From contig CAYZOU010000005.1 in the NCBI GenBank assembly GCA_964480405.1, positions 39,117 to 103,116 on the forward strand: a DNA stretch of 64,000 nt, read 5' to 3'. The notes below the pieces were generated by a model. It had not been told where the DNA came from, did not search any database, and saw only the letters and a list, made by a program, of their open reading frames with translations. The position numbers and the translations under genes were made by a program. The DNA is from an uncultured Faecalibacterium sp. (GTDB lineage: Bacteria; Bacillota; Clostridia; Oscillospirales; Acutalibacteraceae). Below are positions 19,407-27,434 of this stretch, in pieces (position 1 is the first letter of the stretch; each line of letters starts with the position of its first letter).

Positions 19407-20669
19407 TTATTTTATTCCTTCCTCATCGAAAAGGAATGTGGTTTCAAGGGCGAGCTTAACACCTGTTTCTATCGCCGCAAGGCTGAGGTTATCCTCGGTG
19501 TCAAGTCTTGTGTGATAGTAACGGGCGGGAGAGGGATCCATTGCCGTTACGCTTGTCGCTCTTATGCCTGCCTGGCTCATTGCCGCAGCGTCTGTTGAGC
19601 CGAGTTCGATAGCGCCGATGGGAAGCTCGAGATCCATGAGCTTTGCAGCTCTTTGAACAAGCTCGGCTGTCTGTCTGTCGTTTTTGACAACGCCCGTCAT
19701 ATCCTTATCGTATGCCTTGATAAATTCAAGCTCTCTTATCGTGTCGAAGCCGACAAATATCGTCTGAGTGCCGTCGTTTTTGTATTCCTCGGCGTGTGCC
19801 TTTGCGAAAGCCTTTGAGCCTCTCAAGCCGGCTTCTTCACCGCCTGCGCAAAGCACTACGACCTCTGTATTTTCAAATCTGATATTGTTATCCGAAAGGA
19901 ACTTTGCGACTGACATTGCGATAAATGTTCCTGTCAAGTCATCGTTTGCACCTGTAACGGGTCTGCCGTAATTGCAGAATCCGATAGCTGCGATAAGCAC
20001 GGGTACGGCAACATATGTAATGACTGCGATGACCTTGAAAGCGACATTGACGTCAGCTGACCAAAGGCTTGCGCCCATAGCTTCGCCGTAAACAGCCATA
20101 TAAGCTATTGAAGCGCCGAGACCGATAACTATATCCAAAATAGCCGTAAGAATGATAACGAATACCGCCGGTCTTCCGCCGTGGTACGTGTAAGTCCATT
20201 CATAAGCCGAGTCTGTGTGACCGGAAATTATGATTCTCTTTTTTGTTTCGCCGCTTGCTTTTCTGACGCCGATAACATTACCCGATGTCTTTTTCGGGAA
20301 GAAAACGTCTAAAACGGGCTTATAGAAAATAAATTCGGCGAGAATCAAAAACAGTGTTACAACACAGCAGGCAAGAGATATAGCCGCCATGCCGAGTGAA
20401 AGGAACACCGTTGAGAGAATGAGCAGGATAGCTCCGATGGGTACCCATGACATGAATGCTTTGTCACTGCACTTGTATTCCTCTCTGACTGCCGAATCGC
20501 AATACTTGTTAAGATCGGCAAGCATATATTCCTGCGCTTCCTTTTCGCTTTCGCTTCCGACCGGTCTCGGACCTGTTTTTTTGCAGAGTATTTTTATGCT
20601 TTTGTATACATAGTTTGCATACTCACGCACCTTCTGCGGATATCTTTCGATACTTTCTTGAGCTTTCAT
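19407..20669 (-). CDS. M28-family membrane-embedded metallopeptidase
   Basis: M28 metal-ligand motifs (SGHTDS, GGEEAGLRGS, YHTRLD) with several internal TM helices. Confidence 0.75.
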   Translation of the reverse strand: MKAQESIERYPQKVREYANYVYKSIKILCKKTGPRPVGSESEKEAQEYMLADLNKYCDSAVREEYKCSDKAFMSWVPIGAILLILSTVFLSLGMAAISLACCVVTLFLILAEFIFYKPVLDVFFPKKTSGNVIGVRKASGETKKRIIISGHTDSAYEWTYTYHGGRPAVFVIILTAILDIVIGLGASIAYMAVYGEAMGASLWSADVNVAFKVIAVITYVAVPVLIAAIGFCNYGRPVTGANDDLTGTFIAMSVAKFLSDNNIRFENTEVVVLCAGGEEAGLRGSKAFAKAHAEEYKNDGTQTIFVGFDTIRELEFIKAYDKDMTGVVKNDRQTAELVQRAAKLMDLELPIGAIELGSTDAAAMSQAGIRATSVTAMDPSPARYYHTRLDTEDNLSLAAIETGVKLALETTFLFDEEGIK

Positions 20670-20801
20670 TTTTTATGAAACTCTCCTTTCCGTTCTTTGA
20701 GTACGGGCAACGCTCTGCTTTCGGTAAGCTCCGCTTTCGGCAACCCGTATATCTCTGATTTTTAATATTATACATTGAAATCGTCAAAATTTCAATAGAA
20801 A

Positions 20802-21863
20802 TCAAAATGTTTTACACACGCAATAAAAATTACTTTCCCACGCCGGTATGTACGGGTGGTGGCGGTAATATATCTCATAATCGGGACAGATATCTTTTAT
20901 CGTTTTCACAAGCTCAAATGCGTCCTCGTTGCGATGATATGCGCAGACATAAAGCTTCGGTCTGTATTTTTCGATAAGCTTTTTCGCTCCGAGCAAAGCT
21001 CTTTTTTCAGCTCCCTCAACGTCCATCTTGATAAACGTGACCTCATCGAGAACATCATCGAGCGCAACCGCCCTCACCTTTTCTCCGCTGTCGCTTTGGT
21101 GTGAGCTTCTGCCTGCCTTTTTGTCAAAGACAAGCTCACAGCTCTCGTTCCACGCCGCCGCATTGAAACATTCCGTATTATCAAGCTCACGAGTTTTATT
21201 AAGAAGCTTTTTGAAATTTTTCGTATCCGGCTCAAACGCATATATTTTCGCATACTTACCGTTTGTGTGAGTGAGAATTTCTCTGACCGTGTCGCCGTCG
21301 TATGCGCCGAGGTCTGCTATTATCTCACTTTCGCCTATACTTAGTAAGGTCTCATATACCTCCGACTTTTCGCTTTCACAGTCAAACAGGTATTCGATTT
21401 TTCCGCTGACTTTAAAATTTAAAACGTCAACGAACGTCTTTTTTGATTTTTCATCTGCGAGCAGAGTGTACGCTTCGTCAAAATCTCTCTCGTACTTTTT
21501 GATATAATCAACGGTGAAAAGTCCTTTTCCCGCTATCGGCACGGTCGGAGCTAACAATTCGTGTTCACGGCTCATCTTCCGAACACGTTCAAGCGTACCG
21601 CTATCGTGAATGGCAAAGGTCATCAAGATTATAAAGTCGCTGTATTTCTCACATACCTGAGAATATTTCAGCACGGTTTTTCCGTGAAACGAGTGACCTC
21701 TGACAAATTCATCGGAGGCGAAAACGTCGCTGAACTCGACTCCGATCTTCTCAAGCTCGCCGATTATCATGTCCGCTCCGTTGCCCATTCCGTAAAGGAC
21801 TATCGGCAGCTCGGTTTCAGCCAAATGCTTCCAGATGCTTTCTTCTTTTATCTTTTCAAGCAT
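20802..21863 (-). CDS. FkbM-family SAM-dependent methyltransferase
   Basis: C-terminal half carries DLGAYDGDT...IYAFEP...IKMDVEGAE, typical of FkbM. I prefer the start at 21863 (MLEKIKEE), with AGGAGG 8 nt upstream inside the end of the preceding gene. Confidence 0.75.
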   Translation of the reverse strand: MLEKIKEESIWKHLAETELPIVLYGMGNGADMIIGELEKIGVEFSDVFASDEFVRGHSFHGKTVLKYSQVCEKYSDFIILMTFAIHDSGTLERVRKMSREHELLAPTVPIAGKGLFTVDYIKKYERDFDEAYTLLADEKSKKTFVDVLNFKVSGKIEYLFDCESEKSEVYETLLSIGESEIIADLGAYDGDTVREILTHTNGKYAKIYAFEPDTKNFKKLLNKTRELDNTECFNAAAWNESCELVFDKKAGRSSHQSDSGEKVRAVALDDVLDEVTFIKMDVEGAEKRALLGAKKLIEKYRPKLYVCAYHRNEDAFELVKTIKDICPDYEIYYRHHPYIPAWESNFYCVCKTF

Positions 21864-21864
21864 A

Positions 21865-22683
21865 TCAAGCCCTCCTGAACCTTGAAGCGACCCCGACAAC
21901 GATGAAAAGCGCAAGATCGACAGCCACCACCGTTGCTCCGGCAGGAGTGTTGAGATAAAACGAAATAAACAAGCCCAATATAAATGTAATGACCGAGATC
22001 ACCGCCGAGGCTATGACGGTCGACTTGAAGCTTTTCGACACTCTCATGGCGATAAGCGACGGGAAAATTATAAAGCTTGACATCAAAAGCGCACCCATCA
22101 TCTGCATACCGACAACAACAGTCACGGCGGTCAAGACCGCTATAAGATCTGTATAAAAATCGGTCTTCTGTCCGATAGCCTTTGAAAAGCTTTCATCAAA
22201 GGTCATGGCAAAAATGCGATTATACAAGAGCAGATACATTATCAAAATAACAGCCGTCAATACGACACTCACGGCAACATATGACGATTTCATCGCAAGT
22301 ATCGAGCCGAACATATAATTGTTGAGATCGACATTCGAGCCCGATAGACTTGCGGCTATAACGCCTACGGCAAGTGAGCCTGTTGATATGACAGCGGTTG
22401 CGGAATCGCCGTTCAGCTTCCCCGACTCGTTTATCCTCAAAAGACAAACTGCGGCTATCATGACTATCGGTACGGCTATTCTAAGCGGCGCTATGCCTGC
22501 CGCCGCCGCAACGGCTATTGCACCGAATCCGACATGAGAAAGTCCGTCGCCTATCATGGAGAAGCGTCTCAACACAAGGCACACACCCAAAAGAGCGGCG
22601 CAAAGCGAAATGAGAACACCGCCTATAAGCGCATTCCTCATAAAAGTATAGCTGAAAGCATCAAAAAGCTGATTAAAGTTCAT
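21865..22683 (-). CDS. ABC-3 family metal (Zn/Mn) transporter permease, ZnuB-like
   Basis: Polytopic 272 aa with ABC-3 features (MIGDGLSHVGFGAIAVA). No cognate ATPase or binding-protein gene is adjacent. Confidence 0.8.
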   Translation of the reverse strand: MNFNQLFDAFSYTFMRNALIGGVLISLCAALLGVCLVLRRFSMIGDGLSHVGFGAIAVAAAAGIAPLRIAVPIVMIAAVCLLRINESGKLNGDSATAVISTGSLAVGVIAASLSGSNVDLNNYMFGSILAMKSSYVAVSVVLTAVILIMYLLLYNRIFAMTFDESFSKAIGQKTDFYTDLIAVLTAVTVVVGMQMMGALLMSSFIIFPSLIAMRVSKSFKSTVIASAVISVITFILGLFISFYLNTPAGATVVAVDLALFIVVGVASRFRRA

Positions 22684-22841
22684 TTCAAGATCTCCTTACA
22701 CACCGCTGTAAATCATAAATTTCGCATTGGTGTATTCATACCTGTTAAATATATATTGTATAATTTCACCGGCGAATTGTCAAGCAATAGAAAAAAGTCG
22801 ACAAATTTCTGCTTTTTTTCTTAAAATTTTACAATTTTAAC

Positions 22842-22880
22842 AAACAAATGTTTGCTTTTTATGAAATGGTATGTTATACT
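22842..22880 (+). promoter_or_regulatory. lexA promoter with an overlapping LexA-box-like palindrome
   Basis: Palindrome cAAACAAATGTTTg (22842-22853) overlaps -35 TTGCTT (22852-22857). A 17-nt spacer leads to the extended -10 TGTTATACT (22872-22880). Confidence 0.6.
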
Positions 22881-22956
22881 GTCATTACAAATTATAGAAT
22901 TTGCAACTGTAACACTATTACTATATATCAAGAATAATCAAACAGGAGGAAGCTCA

Positions 22957-23550
22957 ATGAATGATTTAAGTGAAAACCAAGTTAGGATACTTGAATTTTT
23001 AAAAGAAAGACTTTCCGTGACAAATGTTCCGCCCTCAGTCAGAGAAATATGCTCAGCTGTCGGCTTAAAATCGACATCTTCGGTTCAGAACAATCTCGAT
23101 GCTCTTGAAGAAAAGGGCTATATTCAGCGTGACCCCATGCTCAAGCGTTCTATCAGAATAATGGGTCAAGCCGAGAATGTTCACCATGTTCCTCTTTTGG
23201 GTACGGTTACCGCCGGTGCGCCTATTCTCGCCGTTGAACAAATCGAGTGCTATCTCCCCTATTCCGGTTACGTTTCAAGCGACAAGCCTCTTTTCGCTCT
23301 GAGAGTCAGAGGTGAAAGTATGCTCAACGCCGGAATATTTGACGGAGACATAATCTTCGCCGAGCAGACACCCGTCGCAAGAAACGGTGATACGGTAGTC
23401 GCTCTCATAGGAGAAGAAGCCACCGTCAAGACATTTTATAAGGAAAACGGTCATTTTCGTTTACAGCCGGAAAATGATACATATGAGCCGATAATCGTTG
23501 ACGAGGTTGCGATATTGGGTAAGGTCGTTGCGGTTTTGAGATATCTTTGA
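22957..23550 (+). CDS. lexA: LexA repressor
   Basis: Winged HTH (VREICSAVGLKSTSSVQNNLDALEEKGYI), AG cleavage site (VTAGAP) and S24 peptidase Ser/Lys motifs (GESMLNAGI; ATVKTF). Start chosen at ATG 22957 with a GGAGGA RBS. Confidence 0.95.
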   Translation: MNDLSENQVRILEFLKERLSVTNVPPSVREICSAVGLKSTSSVQNNLDALEEKGYIQRDPMLKRSIRIMGQAENVHHVPLLGTVTAGAPILAVEQIECYLPYSGYVSSDKPLFALRVRGESMLNAGIFDGDIIFAEQTPVARNGDTVVALIGEEATVKTFYKENGHFRLQPENDTYEPIIVDEVAILGKVVAVLRYL

Positions 23551-23558
23551 TAGTGTAA

Positions 23559-23660
23559 CCCCGCCTGCGAAGCAGGCGGACGGCGTGAGCTTGTGTACTC
23601 CCGAGCGCGCGACGAAGGCGCTGTGCGAGCGGAGTGCCAAGGTCACGCCGCAGGAACTGA
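23559..23660 (+). repeat. GC-rich structured intergenic repeat, family A (copy with full nested stems)
   Basis: ccccgcctgc-gaa-gcaggcgg hairpin, then nested stems cggcgtga/tcacgccg, actcc/ggagt and agcgc/gcgct. Related copies are listed below. Confidence 0.85.
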
Positions 23661-23721
23661 CTTTTATCACAACAATGTCAAATTGTGATAAATATATCAA
23701 AAACTTTTAACTTTTTATTCA

Positions 23722-23749
23722 TTGCAAACGCAAAGTGTTTTAGTATCAT
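23722..23749 (+). promoter_or_regulatory. Candidate sigma-A promoter for the leader/sRNA upstream of the M23 peptidase gene
   Basis: TTGCAA, 16-nt spacer, TATCAT. Confidence 0.35.
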
Positions 23750-23882
23750 ACGCTTGTACAGGAAAGGAACCGCAACCTTTACTTGTACACTCCTCCTCAG
23801 GCAATACGGATTTTTTTGTTAGTTTTTTTGCGGTCTTTCCCGGACCGGCTGTATTGCCTAATCCCCTCATATTTTTGGAAAA

Positions 23883-23916
23883 GATCTTCGGTTGGTTACA
23901 TCCGAAGATTTTTTCT
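23883..23916 (+). terminator. Intrinsic terminator 85 nt upstream of the M23 peptidase start (attenuator or sRNA end)
   Basis: Stem atcttcgg/ccgaagat followed by TTTTTT. Confidence 0.7.
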
Positions 23917-24000
23917 GTCTTGAAATAGATTTTGACTGCGTATAAAATCCACCGCATACGGCAAAAATAGTCATATAAAATTATGATTGGTGGAAATAAA

Positions 24001-24747
24001 ATGAATAACAAAGGAACTTACTCAAAGGGCGGAAAAAGCTTTTATGCGGTTTTGGCGATCGCTTTAGTGGCAATAGTCGCTTCGACGGTCGTTATCGCTT
24101 ACACGTCAAACAGGATAAGCTCAGCTAAGAAGCAGACGACCGCACCAAGCTCAGACAGCATAAGCTTGCCGCAAGTCTCGGAAAACGCAAACACGCCGAA
24201 AGACGATGTTCCCGACACCCGTGATAACACGACAGAGCCGAAAAGCACGAGTGAGAAAGTGACCGAAAGCAAAGCGGAAACGACAGAAAAATCGGCGACC
24301 GCAGCAAAGGAAGAAACGACGAAAAAGTCTGTCAGCTGTTGTCTGCCTGTCGGAACTCAAATTCTCAAGGACTACTCAAACGGAGCTATGGTCAAGTCAA
24401 AGACAATGAATGACTGGCGACTTCACAACGGCGTTGACTTTTCGGGAGAAGCCGGCGATGAGGTACACTCGGTGTGTGACGGCAAGGTAGTCGAAATAGC
24501 CACAGACAGTATGTGGGGCAAGACAGTGACTATAGATCACGGCAACGGCATGAAAGCAAAATATTGCGGCTTTGACGAAATAAGCGTAAAGGAAAACGAA
24601 CAGGTCAAAAAAGAGCAGGTCATCGGCACATTAGGTAATATACCCATTGAGAGCGCCGACAATACTCATTTGCATCTTGAAATAACCGTTGACGGAAAGA
24701 TCACCGATCCCTTAGCGGCTTTGGGCAGAGACAAAGCAAGCGAATAA
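24001..24747 (+). CDS. M23/LytM-family peptidoglycan metalloendopeptidase, N-terminally anchored
   Basis: TM helix FYAVLAIALVAIVASTVVIAY, then a low-complexity linker. Catalytic motifs are HNGVDF and HLHLE. Confidence 0.88.
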   Translation: MNNKGTYSKGGKSFYAVLAIALVAIVASTVVIAYTSNRISSAKKQTTAPSSDSISLPQVSENANTPKDDVPDTRDNTTEPKSTSEKVTESKAETTEKSATAAKEETTKKSVSCCLPVGTQILKDYSNGAMVKSKTMNDWRLHNGVDFSGEAGDEVHSVCDGKVVEIATDSMWGKTVTIDHGNGMKAKYCGFDEISVKENEQVKKEQVIGTLGNIPIESADNTHLHLEITVDGKITDPLAALGRDKASE

Positions 24748-24757
24748 GATATATAAT

Positions 24758-24800
24758 AAAGACCGATACGTCGTAATTGAAGCGTATCGGTCTTTAATTG
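24758..24800 (+). terminator. Terminator after the M23 peptidase gene
   Basis: 13-bp stem aaagaccgatacg/cgtatcggtcttt followed by a T-rich tail. Confidence 0.7.
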
Positions 24801-24811
24801 TCTAAGCCGAA

Positions 24812-24890
24812 CACGGCGGCTGCGGTGTACTCCCGAGCGTGTGCCGAAGGCGCTATGCGAGCGGAGTGCCAAGCAGACGCCGCAGGAACT
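24812..24890 (+). repeat. Family A repeat copy (lacks the leading hairpin)
   Basis: cacggcggctgcggtgtactcccgagcg...gcgagcggagtgccaagcagacgccgcaggaact aligns with 23580-23660. Confidence 0.8.
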
Positions 24891-24911
24891 CGGATATTGA
24901 GCTTTGCTAAG

Positions 24912-24960
24912 ATAAGCATTGAAATTAAATCCGAAGTCGCCTAAAACGGCGTATCTTCAC
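24912..24960 (-). repeat. Family B repeat copy
   Basis: This is the reverse complement of the ...gcgacttcggatttgacttcaatgcttaag module seen at 44716, 45062 and 61339. Confidence 0.75.
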
Positions 24961-24983
24961 CAATAAAGCGCCGGAGAGGTCAG

Positions 24984-25125
24984 CTCTCATCAGCCTTCAA
25001 GATTCTGTCTGACCGCAAGCGGAATCAGCGGGGCGCCCGTACGGCACCCCTTCGCACCTCGCCTGCGGCGAGCGCTGTGGGGTACACGCCCGAGCGCCGT
25101 TACGCTCGCTTCGCTCGCTACCGCA
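24984..25125 (+). repeat. Family A-prime repeat copy
   Basis: catcagcctt...aatcagcggggcg...tcgcctgcggcgagcgct...gccgttacgctcgcttcgctcgctac aligns with 44906-45050. It also aligns, reverse-complemented, with 61136-61290. Confidence 0.85.
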
Positions 25126-25231
25126 ACCCGAAGCGACAGACCTTGCTTGCGGTTTCCTCTTTGCCGCAGGAATACTGACGTATTTCAAGACAAAAATGTT
25201 CGAGGGTGCGTGATGTGTTTACTATACTTAA

Positions 25232-25268
25232 GCGATAAAAAAAGCCGAATACACAAGGTATCCGACTT
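25232..25268 (-). terminator. Terminator after the 25282-25785 gene
   Basis: 9-bp stem including G-U pairs, followed on the minus strand by TTTTTTT. Confidence 0.55.
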
Positions 25269-25281
25269 TTGTCATCTTAAA

Positions 25282-25785
25282 TTAAAGTCCGATAAGTCCC
25301 AACAAGCCGTAGCTAAAAACGGACATTATAAGACCGGCTATGAGAACACCTGCGGCTATGAGCGGAAGTGACTTCTTCATTCTGATATCAAGAAGATCCG
25401 CTATCAATGCACCTGTCCAGCCGCCTGTTCCGGGCAATGGTATGGCGACGAATATCAAAAGACCCCATTCACGGTATTTCTTGACCTTTTCGCCTTTTCT
25501 TATCGAGCGGATCTCAAGCTTCGTTATAGCGCCTTCGATATGCTTGTTTTTCTTCAAAGCGTTGAATATCACCCGTATAAATTTCAATATGAACGGTATT
25601 GGAAGCATATTGCCGAAGTAACATATTATGAAGGCTTTCCAAAATGTTATATTCATCAGCTTCGCCGCTATAAGTCCGCCTCTGAGCTCCAACACGGGTA
25701 GCATAGAGATTATGAAAACTATTATTTCCTCAGGCAGCTTGCCGCCGAGATTATCAACAAAAAACTGAGCTAACTGTTCGGACAT
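25282..25785 (-). CDS. Small polytopic membrane protein (COG2426-like putative small multidrug export protein)
   Basis: Motifs LPVLELRGGLIAA and IPLPGTGGWTGALIA. Start chosen at MSEQ with GAGGTG 6 nt upstream. Confidence 0.65.
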   Translation of the reverse strand: MSEQLAQFFVDNLGGKLPEEIIVFIISMLPVLELRGGLIAAKLMNITFWKAFIICYFGNMLPIPFILKFIRVIFNALKKNKHIEGAITKLEIRSIRKGEKVKKYREWGLLIFVAIPLPGTGGWTGALIADLLDIRMKKSLPLIAAGVLIAGLIMSVFSYGLLGLIGL

Positions 25786-25796
25786 AAATATCACCT

Positions 25797-26528
25797 CTAT
25801 ATATTGTTCTTGTCAATATATTCCTTGGCTTTTATTAAAATATTCCTGTCATTTTCAAACTTCAGCATCTTAAACGCCGAGCTGAAATCGACCCAAATAT
25901 ACTCGTCGATCTCCTCCTCCTGTTTAACGACCTCAGTATTTTTGGCTCTGGCGAGAAATATCACAACGGCTTTTTCGACTCGGCCTTGAATCGTGTATTC
26001 GCTCTTACAGCTGAAGCCGTCGATGATGTCGATATCAAGTCCCGTTTCTTCCTTGGTCTCTCTGACCGCCGTTTCCTTTTCGCTTTCGCCTGCCTCTATA
26101 TGTCCCTTTGGAAATCCCCAATGCGCACTGCGCTTATTTTTGATCAGCAATATCTTTTTGTTTCCGCCCGTTTCATCAAGTACGACCGCACCGCATGAGC
26201 GTTCAAACAAGCACTCGATGTCATAAGTTCCGCTTTTTTCCGAAAACGCTATCGCTTGCTTTATATCGTTAATTATAAATCTTGTGCTTTTCGGAGCGAC
26301 TACCCATACTACTCCCCGACCGCCATATCTTCTTATAACGGCTATTACCCGTCCGTCGAAGTTTCTGACGGGATGGTCTACTCCCATTATATATGCGCCT
26401 CTGACACCCGTTCTCAATCTGTTGCGCCCGTCTATGACGCCGTAGTTCAGCTTATACTCATAGCCGAAGCGTCTGTTTAAGGAATACATAGGCGCAGTAA
26501 CCTTTACCCTTACAAATTTTCCAAGCAT
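25797..26528 (-). CDS. NUDIX hydrolase with an N-terminal domain of unknown function
   Basis: Nudix box GFPKGHIEAGESEKETAVRETKEETGL sits in the C-terminal half. Confidence 0.85.
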   Translation of the reverse strand: MLGKFVRVKVTAPMYSLNRRFGYEYKLNYGVIDGRNRLRTGVRGAYIMGVDHPVRNFDGRVIAVIRRYGGRGVVWVVAPKSTRFIINDIKQAIAFSEKSGTYDIECLFERSCGAVVLDETGGNKKILLIKNKRSAHWGFPKGHIEAGESEKETAVRETKEETGLDIDIIDGFSCKSEYTIQGRVEKAVVIFLARAKNTEVVKQEEEIDEYIWVDFSSAFKMLKFENDRNILIKAKEYIDKNNI

Positions 26529-26719
26529 AATATATTCACCTTTTCCAAATACACGGCATCACGCAGTTTCGTTTATATATCCGAAACCGCAAACAGGTGC
26601 ATACTACCCCGCTGTCACACAGTCAGGCTTTACTTGCGTTATCACGCAACCGTCAAGCAGTATCCGAAACGTACCGCTCAAGAAAACTCGGCACCCGCCG
26701 CAAAACAAATTATGCTGTT

Positions 26720-26748
26720 ATTATACAAACAAAGTCTTACAAATACAA
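26720..26748 (-). promoter_or_regulatory. Candidate promoter giving a leader of about 180 nt for the NUDIX gene
   Basis: On the minus strand: TTGTAT, 17-nt spacer, TATAAT. Confidence 0.45.
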
Positions 26749-26837
26749 GTTAAATTTAAAAAAATATTTTATTTATTAGGATATCGTGACAAATTAAGGC
26801 CGCAAATATTAAATTTCGCTTAAAATTCGATACCAGG

Positions 26838-26866
26838 TTGTCTATTTAAGCTTTTTGTATTATAAT
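26838..26866 (+). promoter_or_regulatory. Candidate promoter of the HD-domain operon
   Basis: TTGTCT, 17-nt spacer, TATAAT, with a TG at the extended -10 position. Confidence 0.5.
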
Positions 26867-26899
26867 ATGGATAATACTGTAACATTAAGGGGTGAAGCC

Positions 26900-27430
26900 G
26901 TGTCAAAGCTTTTTAAGCACTACATTATATCATATAAACTTAATTCCGATTCAAAGTCTGAATATATGTCGCTGGTCGAGGATCTGTATTGCTCAAAGCA
27001 GGTGCAAAGTCTCGTTCAATATGAACAGCACCTTGATATAAACCGACTCCAACACGTGACGAGCGTTTCATATCTCAGCTATAAAATAGCCAAAAAGCTC
27101 GGTTGGGATTATAAGACCGTAGCGAGAGGCACTCTGCTGCATGATCTTTTCTATTATGATTGGCGTGACGCAAGCGGCGATTGGCACAGACCCCACGGTT
27201 ACAAGCATCCGCTATACGCATACCACAACGCAATCGAGCTTAACGAAAACATCAGCGACAAGGAAAAGGACATGATAAAACATCATATGTTCCCTTTCAC
27301 TGTTGTTCCGCCTAAATATAAAGAAAGCTATATCATCCTGTTCACCGATAAATATTGCGCCGGTCGTGAGCTTTATTATTCGCTGAGCAAAAGTTATAAA
27401 TCCAAATTCGACAGACTTATTAAGGAATAA
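26900..27430 (+). CDS. HD-domain phosphohydrolase
   Basis: HD motif LLHDLFYYDW plus downstream His residues (HGYKHP, HHMFP). I prefer the GTG start at 26900 (AGGGGTG RBS) because the ORF-track ATGs overlap the -10 element. Confidence 0.7.
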   Translation: MSKLFKHYIISYKLNSDSKSEYMSLVEDLYCSKQVQSLVQYEQHLDINRLQHVTSVSYLSYKIAKKLGWDYKTVARGTLLHDLFYYDWRDASGDWHRPHGYKHPLYAYHNAIELNENISDKEKDMIKHHMFPFTVVPPKYKESYIILFTDKYCAGRELYYSLSKSYKSKFDRLIKE

Positions 27431-27434
27431 AATT

